The notes below the pieces were generated by a model. It ran no database searches. It saw only the letters and a program-made list of their open reading frames with translations, and was not told the DNA's origin. Of a stretch of DNA of 64,000 nt, positions 11,726-23,277 are shown in pieces. The position numbers and the translations under genes were made by a program. Origin of the DNA: Mytilus trossulus (Eukaryota); contig NC_086377.1 of assembly GCF_036588685.1 (NCBI RefSeq), positions 9,796,001 through 9,860,000 on the forward strand, in the 5' to 3' direction. The stretch's first letter is position 1. Each line of letters opens with the position of its first letter.

Positions 11726-12954
11726 GTAAGTGTCTAGTAACAAACAGATAAGTATAGCATACACTCATCTATGCAATGTATTAAATAATACTCATATATG
11801 TATATACACAGGTGTTTTCAGAGTAGTATTATTAAACAATAAACATACATTTTAAAGAGAAAGGTAGTGGAGAAGATGTTTTGAAATTGGGTGGTATTTG
11901 TGTTTTTTTTCAAATAACCAATTTCTGAAGAAAAAAACATGTGTATTCTTCAATGACTATTGTCAGCTATTTACAGAAACCTGCATACATAAGCCAACGC
12001 TTCGAGTTTCAAAAACTATGTCTTGAATATTACAATCATGTCATACCATTTCACAGTTTGATTATACTATTCAAGACATAGTTTTAAAAGCTCAAAGCGT
12101 GTGCTTATACATTCAGGCTGGTGGAAACCTAAATGTGGTGGTTAAGTTTACAACATTGAAAGTTTTCCTAACGTCACACTATTGCGGGGTTTCATCCAGT
12201 TCATTAGTTTACTCTCAATTAATTGATTTTTCCCAAAAAGAATAGTGTGCTATGTTAAATGCATTTACTCCGGACTATGTAGCAACTACTCATCAATAGG
12301 TTATCGTTACCCGAACAAGTAAAAGCAATTGTGTATATATGTTCAACATCATATGAGTAAACGTATACTCGTACGGTTCGGCCATACGCGTACAGTCGGA
12401 CCGTATGAGTATTCGCGTATAGACCAGTACGAGCTGACCATTCATGTTATTAGATCATATGGTTTAAATTTAAACATATCACAATCATATCGACACACTA
12501 ATAATTTCCCAATTGAAAAAAATGATAATTGCAATTTAGGTTGTTATTTATCTTAAAATCTAACATAACTCAATGAAGAAAAAAAAATATTACACATATT
12601 CGTGTTGAATGAAGTACTTCCATTGTTTTATTGTTATATGATGATAAAAATGTCGGCAGTTTTATGTATTGTGCATTTTCATTATAATTTTGACTTAAAA
12701 AAAACACACACAAACACACTCAAGACATTGCATACGTCCGTAGCGCTTTGTTTTAATAACACTGACGTGTTATTGATAAGGCGGAATAATAAGACATACG
12801 TTGTTATGTTTTTACTACAGTGATTTGAATATAATTTACCAGTGGGCATAATAAGAAACAAGACACATACACCAAAATGGATGCAACCAACGTGTTATTT
12901 TATCCTCAAAAGAGAAAACAATACGGGTTGAAATTCCATTTACATTTTATTAAG

Positions 12955-13290
12955 AAGATATAGATATATGAAGATGTGGTGTGAGTGCCAATGAGACAAC
13001 TCTCCATCCAAATAATAATTTAAAAATAAGTTAACCAGTATAGGTCAATGTACGGCCATCAACACGAAGCCTTGGCTCACACCGAACAACAAGCTATAAA
13101 GGGTCCCAAAATTACTAGTGTAAAACCATTCAAACGGGAAAACCAACGGTCTAATCTATATAAAAAACGAGAAACGAGAAACACGTATAAATTACATAAA
13201 CAAACGACAACTACTGTACATGAGATTCCTGGCTTAGGACAGGTGCAAACATTTGCAGCGGGATTAAACGTTTTAATGGATCCAAAACTT
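12955..13290 (+). mobile_element. Dispersed repeat, family A (AAGATGTGG..TGCCAATGAGACAACT end); other copies at ~25245-25580, ~45025-45340, ~50475-50860(-), fragments at ~7911, ~20300, ~39750, ~49775, ~63920
   Basis: Multi-copy similarity within the window; class not determined. Confidence 0.75.
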
Positions 13291-13535
13291 CTCTCTTTTT
13301 CTGAAACAATAGATGTTCATCATTTTTTTTTTTTATATTTTTGCTTCGTTTGAATAGCTATAACATTAAGTAAACTAAGTTTCATTAAGAAAAACATTAG
13401 CAATTTAAAGCAATATGCTAAACTTTATGTAATCAAAATTGATAAACTGATGTTTTGTGAAGACTTGTTTTATGTATCAGGATTTTCCTAGTTATTCCTT
13501 AGATTTTCATTTTTTTTTCTTTTTTTCTTTTTCAG

Positions 13536-13541
13536 TCCTCC
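13536..13541 (+). CDS. Copy 1, micro-exon 7 (6 nt, TCCTCC)
   Basis: long polypyrimidine tract + cag|TCCTCC|gtaagtgttatgtaccgaacagataagt; positional homologue of the 6-nt exon at 38575-38580. Confidence 0.72.
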
Positions 13542-15486
13542 GTAAGTGTTATGTACCGAACAGATAAGTATAAGGTTATAATGTTACAACATTATTAAAA
13601 TTAATGGACAACAGATAGTGAATGTTGTGTGTCGTGCTTTAAATAATGGGAAAATATTAAACTAGTTGTAAACAATTATTATTATGTAAAGGTTACATAA
13701 CCCATTCCTGAATAATAAGCAATGCGATATTTTGACTTTCGTCTTTAAAGAATAACATCATTTGGAAATGATTACACATATAGCACAAGTACAAGGTTTT
13801 GGGCATGCATGACGTCTGCACAACTTATATTCCATCCACATCAGACTAGTCATTTAAATTTTAAATATTAAATAGTTTGTAAAACTAGGGTCTTTATATT
13901 TACCTTTTGCACACTCTGTACTTGACTATAATTAACCAATTCTAATGCAGATAAGACGTGTTTCGGGTTTACTAAGCTGTTATACTAGTGTCGTGTATGA
14001 CTTATTACATCCACTTGTTTGATGCAAAAGTTTGTTATTATTTTTCTCCATTTCTACCTTTTATGATACCTTTATTTTAATATATAATCATCAATCACAG
14101 CGATTGAATATGCCTTCACACACAAAATGAGGGATCACATCGATAATTAAGCTTCTAAATAAATAAGAAGTTAGGTAGTCTTTCAAAGACTATCATCCAA
14201 ATCACCTTTGTCAAACTATTTAAACTATTGTATGATATTGTCTATTTTTTTTAAATAATACATGACAATGTCCCTAGTTTAATTCGCTACTTAAATGTCC
14301 ATGTATGATATATAACTGTCTTTGCGTACACCATGTTCGTCCATTACATGATGTAATACGAGAATAATATCATTGACAATTTCAACATATCAATTGTCTT
14401 AACTTTTTATCGGAAAGTGTCACTTACCCAACCATAAGTATTAATGATAGCTTTGAGCATTTATTGTTATATGAAAGATATGACAAAAGGCAGTTTGTTT
14501 AGAAAAAATATCAAGATGTGAATGTGTATTTGTTTGTTGGAATATTCAACTTGATAATTAATTTTAACATACGAAACAATGTTACTGGGAATTAATAAAA
14601 GTACTGGAAATCAAATATACGTGGATAAAATAACCAGATTCATTACGCCTAAGCTAAAAATTATTTAACAAGAAAAAAGAAATAAAAAAGAAATATTGTC
14701 AATGAGACAGCTTTCAATGACAAACGTTTTATCATAAACAGAGGTTTATAAATTGACCATACGGCTTTAAGTTATGGGCACTATAATACCGTCTTGTAAG
14801 ATAAACATATCAAATATGTAAAGTTTTGTAAAAGTGGAAACTATCTCTGATAAGTTCGATAGGTAGGTCCGAGCTATTTGTTTTAGCTAATATTAAGTAC
14901 TGCAGATAAAAGTTACGATCAATATGTTTCTTTTATTACTTGGCAGAACATATTATTAATTAGTCATACACAGACAGAGATCGTTAATCCTAAATATATT
15001 AGTATAAAAACTTGAACGAATATTGGCTTATTTTGATTTGTCAAGTTTAATTATAACAACAAAATTATTATTAAAATTTGAATACATTGAAAGCGCTTTT
15101 ATATATGACTGTTGTGCAATGGAATAATCGAAGGCAAACATAATCCAAACTATTTACTGATTTAAACCAAAACTAAGTGCAAGATCATACAACTTAACCA
15201 ACAAGACAAATGATTTGTAAAGTATATTAAACTTATTTATTTTTTTTAAAACTAAAAACACTGAAGGACATTTCGAAAGCTAAACATTTACTAAGATCTT
15301 ATATTAAGCAAAACATCAACCACACCGCTAACGAATTAGGTTTCAAAAAGGTAAATGCATTGCATTCAAATAGCATGACTAACCATTTATAACAATTCCA
15401 ATACACGTGTATTTTTGAAGAGCAAGTACTAGGATTATGATGCATTAATTAAATAAAAACAATTATTATTTACTTTATTTTTGCAG

Positions 15487-15514
15487 ACGATGGTTCCAAA
15501 TCAAGGAAACTTAA
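15487..15514 (+). CDS. Copy 1, alternative or degenerate terminal exon A (phase 2: RWFQIKET*)
   Basis: tttattttgcag acceptor; homologous to terminal exons at 23256 and 40790 but 1 nt shorter before the shared ATG; AATAAA near 15620. Confidence 0.4.
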
Positions 15515-16989
15515 TTACAGACACAGAATTTGTACAACAACCGTCTTCAAATGAAACTATAATAGAAAACTATCCGAATAGTGTTTTTGTTTTAATTATA
15601 TTATATAATTACACAAACAATAAATGCTTTGTAAATGATGTACTACAATGTTGTTAAAACCACAAACGAATAAGGGCACGCGTGTAACATCACAAAAATT
15701 ATCCATACACTCTCATTGCGAATACATATATTAGTTTGAATTACAAAAAAAAAATGCAGATTGAATTTCATATCTTATAACATTTCAAAAGTAAAACTAT
15801 TATTCACAAAATAACAAATATTTTATGAATGTCATTTATGTTATATAATTGTTTGCTTATATTATGAAATGTAATGTTTCTGCAATATGAAATACACTTT
15901 CAAATTGGTTTTACTGAATGATTTACCTGAAACAAACTGATCTAGTATCTATTTGACTACGACGATTTTTCAGCCTCTCCTCAATTCGATTGTATGTCTC
16001 ATGTTTTTGTGGTTTCTCTGGAGAACATGGTTTTACACTTGCCCTTCAGATCGGTAGTTTTGAGTTGTAGCATTTAGACAGTCTTTGCATCTATGTTTGG
16101 TCATACACTGTGTCCGCATAGTTTCAACGAGTGTTGTACGAAGATAATTTTCGCTAAATATTTCTTGTCGTTTATTAAAGGGATCGTTTTTATATTTGGT
16201 TTGTTGTTTTTTGTGCACTGTTGGTTTCCTTATGCTCTTTTCCTTTTTATCCTTGACGTTGAACGTTTCCTTTTTTATATTTTTGACCTTATATTTTATA
16301 TATGCTTTTGTCATTTTTCTTTGTTTGTTATTATTTTTTTACGAATGTGTTAATCGATATGATATGTAATGCCTTACAGTAGGGTGGTTTCAGAATATTT
16401 GATAAAGATACTAGTTAACATATTTTGTTTGATTGTTAAATTTTGACATATTCTTATATTGAAAGATTTCCAAATAAAAAAATGTCTATGTTATTAATAT
16501 TTTTGATTTTGAAATAAAAGATATGACTTACACAAACAACCAAATTATGTTGATGAACGTATATAATGTCGATACCAGTATGTTTTACTTCTACATGTAT
16601 ATAAAGTCACTGGACGATAACCCTTTCCTGCACAACTGTTACTTTTTTTTCACAAAACTGTAATGCAATTTGCGCAAATACATTAACTTACAGAACATTA
16701 GATAGTATCAAGACAATGTATTCAACATGTATCTGAACAATTCAATCAACGCACTTCTTGATTTTTATTGATGCACACGTCCAAGCAAAGTTAGTGAGCG
16801 ATTATATAAGTTGAAGTAGATTAGTTTATCGGAATGCAGCATTTTGTTAGTTGAATAAACTAATATAGTCCACACAATCTAAGTGAAATTTGGCCCAACC
16901 TTATAAAAATTGAAACAGAAACAAATTGGTTTTATATGAAAGCTATACATGTCCTCTATCAAATATTAAAAGTCCTAAGAAATCGTAGT

Positions 16990-17600
16990 TGCCCAAAACA
17001 TGTTTTTTGGGGGCAAAAAAACAAGGCAATATTAACCAAAAATCGCTGAAAACTGAATTTGTTGTATATAATGAAATTATGAATAAAATTTTCAACTGAC
17101 ATGATTTTAAAATAGTTTAAGCTTCTTAATACATGCCATATCAGCGATTTTAAAAGGCATAAGACCAAGTTAAGCTATTTTTTTTGGTAAAAATGGGTGA
17201 TTTTGTCAAATAATCGCTGAAAACTGGATTTGTAGTATATAATGAAATTTAAAATAAAGTCTTTAAATGACATGATTTCAAATAGTTTCATCTTCTTAAA
17301 TCATGCAAAATTAGCGATTTAAAAGGCATAAGACCAAGTCAAGCCTGTTTTTGGGACAAAATGGTGATTTTGTAAAAAAAATCGCTGAAAACTGGATTTG
17401 TTGTATATAATAAGATTAAGGACAACATCTTCAAATGATATGATTTCAAATAGTCATAACTTTTTAAATCTTGCCATATCAGCGAATTAAAAGGCATTGG
17501 ACCCAAGTCAAGTCATTTATATGGTAAAAATTTGTGTTTTGTCAAAAAGTCGTTGAAAATCGGTATTTTCTAGTTGAAATGAAATTCTGAAACATATTTT
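16990..17600. repeat. ~170-bp tandem repeat (3-4 units), probably subterminal repeats of the adjacent transposon
   Basis: Repeated aatcgctgaaaactg...agcgattttaaaaggcataagaccaagt. Confidence 0.75.
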
Positions 17601-17749
17601 CACAGCATAAAATATCAATATGTAAACACGCATTTCCTTAAAGTCAAAAGGCTGTTCAATAGTCTTTGTATAAATAATGGTTTTCAAATAAAGAAATATC
17701 ATTCTTGATCGACTCGTTGAAATTTCATATTTACGTTGAATCTAAGTCA

Positions 17750-19150
17750 CTCTGTGTAAGACTTGATGAATTTGTGAAGTGTATACCTCGACATTCAATA
17801 CAGCCTATTTAACCCTCAATACCATGTTTCCTGCAAGTGCATCGCTTGTTATCACAATTCTGCTGACAATTACAGCGAATAACTTTCAATAGTGTGTCTG
17901 GTGCAGGTGTTAATGTTGATCGAATTAGAAGCAGTTTATTTCCTGATGTACACCAACCCCAATCAATGCCAGAATACAGCTGTGTCAATAAGCATGTGTG
18001 CTCTTAATGCACACGCCACAGCCGTCTTGCAGTTGAGTATATGTGAGACAGCATTTGGGGAGTAGATAAGTTCTTGAATCCCAGAGTTACTCATAATATG
18101 ACCAATGCTACCCAAAAAGATCATTTCTGTATGAAAACCTCATACTAAAGGCTAATGACTTCAGTTGACTGCTTGGTTCCTCATTCTGCACAATGGTCAG
18201 TGCGTTCAAATGCAGCGGTTGGTCGCCTGTTAATACAGGTATTATATTCTACCGAGTTGCTTGATTGCAAACGAATGTCAATGTTGAGTAGATACAGGAC
18301 AAATCTGTTGCAATTATGTCTATCATTGGGAGAAATGATTCTGTAAATTTCCCTGGATATTCTTTTTTATGTACCATCTGCATCGTTCCGGACCATCCTG
18401 GTCGAGGTCTAGACGCTTGCATAACTGCCTGTCAAATTGATGCATCTTCAGTTTTTAATCTTTTTCAAGAAAAAATGTTTTCATATCTAGGACATATTAC
18501 ACATTCTGATCTATCGATGCTATGTCTAAGGGGAAATAGGTAGTACTCCTTCAAAGTTGCTACTGATCGAATGTCACTTTCAATCAGCTTTGCAGCTGCT
18601 AAAATTAAAACTTGTTTCTCATCCTCAGAATTTCTATGCCTGGTCGATGGTAAAAGTTTTCTAGAATGGTTGTCGCATAATCTCTAATTGTAACAATACT
18701 ACTTTTTCCAGATATATCAGTAATAAGAATATCATCTTTAAAAAAGTGTTATCTGCAAATAAACAGAACTGTAGGCTTGTTCTTCACATGTATGGTTCAT
18801 CTTATCAACGAGTTACTAATTGTGATTTGTTCATCACCACGAATTTTAGGTATTCAACAATGTTTAAGAAAAAATACTCATTGGCCTACCCCTACTGCTG
18901 TTTTTTTTTTTTTTTTGGGGGGGGGGCAGGTAAAAACGCTAAAGTAATCTTTTTGTTTTTCCTGAAATTCATGCTGCATGTTTGATGGTACAGTGCATCT
19001 GCTGCATGCAGATCACTTATTGATTGAAGTCTTCCTTGGATTTTTGAAGCCTATTTATTATCACATTCATTGCATACTTGAATGATTATAGTCTGAAAGT
19101 CATCTGCTCGTACAGGATAAACTTCACTACCTTTCTTTTTATTTTTTGTT
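17750..19150 (-). mobile_element. Degenerate DNA-transposon ORF remnant with C-terminal tesmin/TCR-like CXC domain
   Basis: Minus-strand translation gives DLHAADALYHQTCSMNFR, LILAAAKLIESDIRS and PAPDTLLKVIRCNCQQNCDNKRCTCRKHG, with many stops; superfamily not assigned. Confidence 0.65.
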
Positions 19151-20970
19151 GCTTGAAAGTAGTGGTCAAGGAAAAAAAACTGTTAATAACGGATCTTTCC
19201 TAGGGCTTAATACAACATTAAAGTTAAAATTGGCTAGTTGAATAGGTTAATGAAAACAAAATTCTTCGACAACACTAGATAGTCAAGCAGACATCACACA
19301 TTGTCATGTTTTTTTATTAATGATTTTTTTTTATTGAATTGCATTTTCAGTGGTTTTTAATGTATCCTTTTTCTTATGACGTGTAAGTGTATGTGTTGTG
19401 AACAGTATTCTATTTGATTCAGATATGTTTGTTCCATTTTCTTTTGTTTCTTAACATCCCATCAATAGATACGTTTCGACCGTCCGGTTATTTTGTATGG
19501 GTTGTAATTTTCTATCATTTTAACGGTCATTTTGAAAAGACCACACTATAAGTTATTCCGATAAATTGATTATTTTATAAAATTATGAATTAATTAAAGT
19601 TACCTAAACAATCATCATCAGCATTTTATAGTGATTTAAATCAATATAATTCTCTAGAGTAAACCTTGAAAAATACAGTCGTGAAGTTGAACAATGCTGA
19701 AAAATGAGAAAAACAAATATTACTTTTATTATTGATTTTTTTATTAGAATTTTATCTTTTTTTCTTCAAATTCATTAAGTTTATACTTACATTTCTTATA
19801 AATAGTAAAAAAACAGTATAAATATTCGCTTTTTTGCTTTGTTTCTTTTTGTGATGAATAATGCTCCATTCAAATGGTACAGTTCTGTTTTTTTTTATAG
19901 ATAAACATTAAATACTAAATTAATGTCCAGATTGGCTTTCCATAGATTTACTTTTTCGTTACAAGGCGTCTGTTACAAAAATGATTTTCATTTAACCACG
20001 GACGGTCATTGGCGGAGAACTGGTTCAGCCTAATATTATTTACAATGTATCAATACAATTAATCAACTTTTTAACTGTAAACAATACTGTAATTCGCAAG
20101 ACAGCGTTTTTAAACGTGAATTTGATGACGTCATTTATCTTTTTTTGGGGGGCAAATATGCGCAAAATTCACTACCCAATTCTCATATTTATATAGTAAC
20201 TTACCTTTTAATAAATATTCTTTGTCATTCTGTTTTCACTAAATTCGTCGGAACAGCGCTCAGAATCAACCAAAATAAAATGTTCATATGTGGCGATTAT
20301 TTGGTATGTTGGGGTCCTTTATAGCTTTTTGTTCGGTGTGAGCCAATGCTCCTTGTTGAAGGCCGTGACTTGATCTATAATTATTTACTTCCATAAATTG
20401 ATCTTTTGATGAATAGTTGTCTCATTGGGACTGATACCACACATTCCTATACCTTTATTTGCACCGCTACTTCTGTATACAGGCATGTATACCATGACAT
20501 TTTTTCTAAAATATCTATACAGTTATCAAATCTTATTTTATCATATAGTTTATGTTAATAGTGTATAGTGTTCTTATACACAATCATAGTACTGCTTGGT
20601 TCTAAAATAATACAACCTATTTTAAGGAACGAACGTTATATATTATATGAGAATTGATATGACATTTTGATGTAGCAACATTATTTCTTACATTATTCAA
20701 AACATTATGTTATATAGTAAATCTTGCATTTTGTGTTTCCTTTTGGCTCTTCTTATGGTATAATATTTTAATTCACAATTGTCGATTCGTACTTATTCAT
20801 CTTTGAAAAATATGTATGGATTAATAAGGTCAGACTGAATTTATACATAAGGTAAACAGATCGCTTCATGAAAATATATAATGTAAATTTAATTTGAAAC
20901 TCGCCTAGACAACTTCGATAGGTAATTCAGAGCGACTCATCCTAAATAATATGATATTTTCTCATTTTAG

Positions 20971-20985
20971 CTGTTCATGTGGAAG
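20971..20985 (+). CDS. Copy 1, micro-exon 8 (15 nt): CSCG knuckle
   Basis: ttttctcattttag|CTGTTCATGTGGAAG|gtaagtactgc; homologues at 39531 and 40337 keep C-x-C-G, with silent changes at phase-2 wobble positions. Confidence 0.8.
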
Positions 20986-21428
20986 GTAAGTACTGCAAAT
21001 AAATCTTTGATCCATATATTTAAACATCATCATATTTTTTCTTCTTCTATTGCTTGACAGTACATATTATGAATTAGTCATGCAAAGATGTAGAGGTGGT
21101 AATTTTTAAAGAACTAATATGTTTTATAAATGATTATCACTTTTGTATGTGTTTGCTACTTTCGATCAACAATGATTATGTAATCGTTATTACAACATCG
21201 GTCGTAACGAATATGCAGAGAAAAGCAGTTGTGTTTGCTTCCTTTAGATATAACGAATGACAGAACTTGTATTCTACAAGTAGGTCTCTTAGAGGACACT
21301 ATTTTGTCTATTTCAGTCTTATGTCTGTCTCTGTAACAACTCGCTTATATTTAAAACATTGGTACGTTATCATATTGCATGCATACTTGTGGAACACAAA
21401 CTACTTCAAAACTTACATTAGATATATA

Positions 21429-22784
21429 TGTTACAGGCAATTTCTAAATTTATGCATTTTGTAAAATGACTGAAATGTTTAGGCATTTTCTAAAATGCCT
21501 GCATGATTTAGGCATTTTACAAATTGACTATTTTTTTCAGGCATTTTATAAAATGCCTGAAAAAATTGTAAGGCATTTTACAAAATGCCTAAAAGACTAA
21601 AACTGAATGGAATGTACTCAAAATTTAACGACTGGAAATATCAAAGAGAAGATTTTATTCTATCATTAAATATAGCATGCAATTTAAACAGTTACAGTTT
21701 TATAATTGTTATTAAATCATTTACATTAACACTGAATATGAAAATTATTTTTGCTACATGTAATGATTGGATGACAGCAACTGTTACACATTTTTTCTGT
21801 CTTTTTGCAAAGACAACGTTTAGTGTTACAGCTTGTCTTACCACTAGCACTACGGCCACATTTTGTGTAACCCTGACCATCGCACAAAGAAACTTTACTG
21901 ACAGCTTTACTGAAGGATATTTCAATATCATAATTTACGGATTGAATAGCAATAAAGTTACTGTCAGACCGTTGAAACTGATTCCTTATGTAAAGTCCAC
22001 ATAGTATTCCATCTTAAATTCCATGTTGATAACCATGCTCTTCCTTTCCGGTAACAACATCCATAAGGTTACACAGGTCTCCTTTCCCTCCATTCACATG
22101 GGGAATTGTTACTAATACATTCACTCCAATATATACCTCTGTCAAAACTCTTTCCGATGGATTTCTAACCTGACAGCTTGTTTTGTCATTGAGTCTGATG
22201 CATGCCTTCTTTCATCATGTTTGATAACCTCTTTATTTGAACACAGAGGACAAGTAATAGTATCATACATTGAATGGCGCTTGCTTTTCAAGTGGCAAAT
22301 ATTTGATGCATATTCAATAGGCCTATAAGGCAACTTAATGGTAACAGAAGTCGTTAACTCAATCTTCATATGTCATTATGTCTTTTTTTTAACTTGACCA
22401 ATTTTTAAAATATTCTTTGAGTGTATCATACTTTTATTTTCAATATTTTGTAAGATGAGCAATTCAGGCTCCTAGAAGCCTACAGATTTTCTTATTAACG
22501 CTTGTTACATTTTTAAAGAATAATCTTAAATTTATAAGTCAACCCTTTTTGTAGCTTTACAATACAGTTTTTATCATCTTTTTCATGTATTTCATATTTA
22601 CATAATTTGCCTGAAACAAACCAGGCAATTTGTAAAATTTTCATTAAAAATTTCAGGCATTTTACAAAATGACTAGGTTTTTTTAGGCATTTTATAAAAT
22701 GTCTGTCAACTTCAGGCATTTTAGAAAATGCCTAAAAATTCAGTCATTTTACAAAATGCCTAAATTTAGAAAATGCCTGTAACA
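21429..22784 (-). mobile_element. Ginger2-like (KRBA2/SCAND3-type integrase) internally deleted DNA transposon
   Basis: Long TIRs TGTTACAGGCA...TGCCTGTAACA, TATA on both sides; minus-strand remnant GDLCNLMDVV..GILCGLYIRNQF..DGQGYTKC..CNTKRCLCKK..CNSCCH. Confidence 0.8.
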
Positions 22785-23255
22785 TATACATTAAATAAAG
22801 GCAACAGTAGTATCTGCTGTTTGATAGTCATAAATTGATTTAACTTAAACAAATCTGGATCACAAACAAAAACCCAGAGAAACTCAGAACTATAATATGT
22901 ATAAGAGTAAAGCAACGGAACAATATAAACAACTTAAAACTGTCGTGTACTGTTAAACAATAGTAAAATTGAGAATGGAAATGTGCAGTGTGCCAAATAA
23001 ACAACAACCCGACCATAGAACCCGACCATAGTCTATAGTTCAACTAGTACAAGGGACAAAGGCAGTTCTTATTGAAGTTTGAATACAGTGAACGCTTTTA
23101 CTTGTATGACTCAATAATTGTTCAATAAGATAATTGAAAGCGAACACAATCCCAAGTGCCTGCTGATTTAAGTCGTGCATAGATGCTTAGTTAAACAAAT
23201 AAACGAACAAAAGTTTCTAATGATTTCAAAATAACAATTATATTTATTTCTTCAG

Positions 23256-23277
23256 TTTGATGAATAGAGTCCAGTAA
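23256..23277 (+). CDS. Copy 1, terminal coding exon B: (S)LMNRVQ*
   Basis: tttatttcttcag|TTTGATG...CAGTAA; the CAG TAA stop and following AGAGACA are conserved in the copy-2 terminal exon. Full spliced CDS is 912 nt (303 aa). Confidence 0.75.

Larger units (their letters stand above)
10240..11800 (+). repeat. Three diverged ~680-bp tandem intronic cassettes, each carrying one micro-exon
   Basis: Repeated tgttct..actacttattcaatt..tgctaaat..Yn-cag / gtaagt..acagataagtatagc; exon spacing 684 and 674 nt. Confidence 0.8.

Noticed and set aside
15974-15991. Possible 18-nt exon (tttttcag...gtatgt)
   Set aside because: Weak pyrimidine tract, no homologue seen in copy 2, lacks the cassette motif
19351-19390. 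Acceptor followed by U12-like GTATCCTT or GTAAGT
   Set aside because: Exon would be 11 or 32 nt (frameshifting) with no paralogous support
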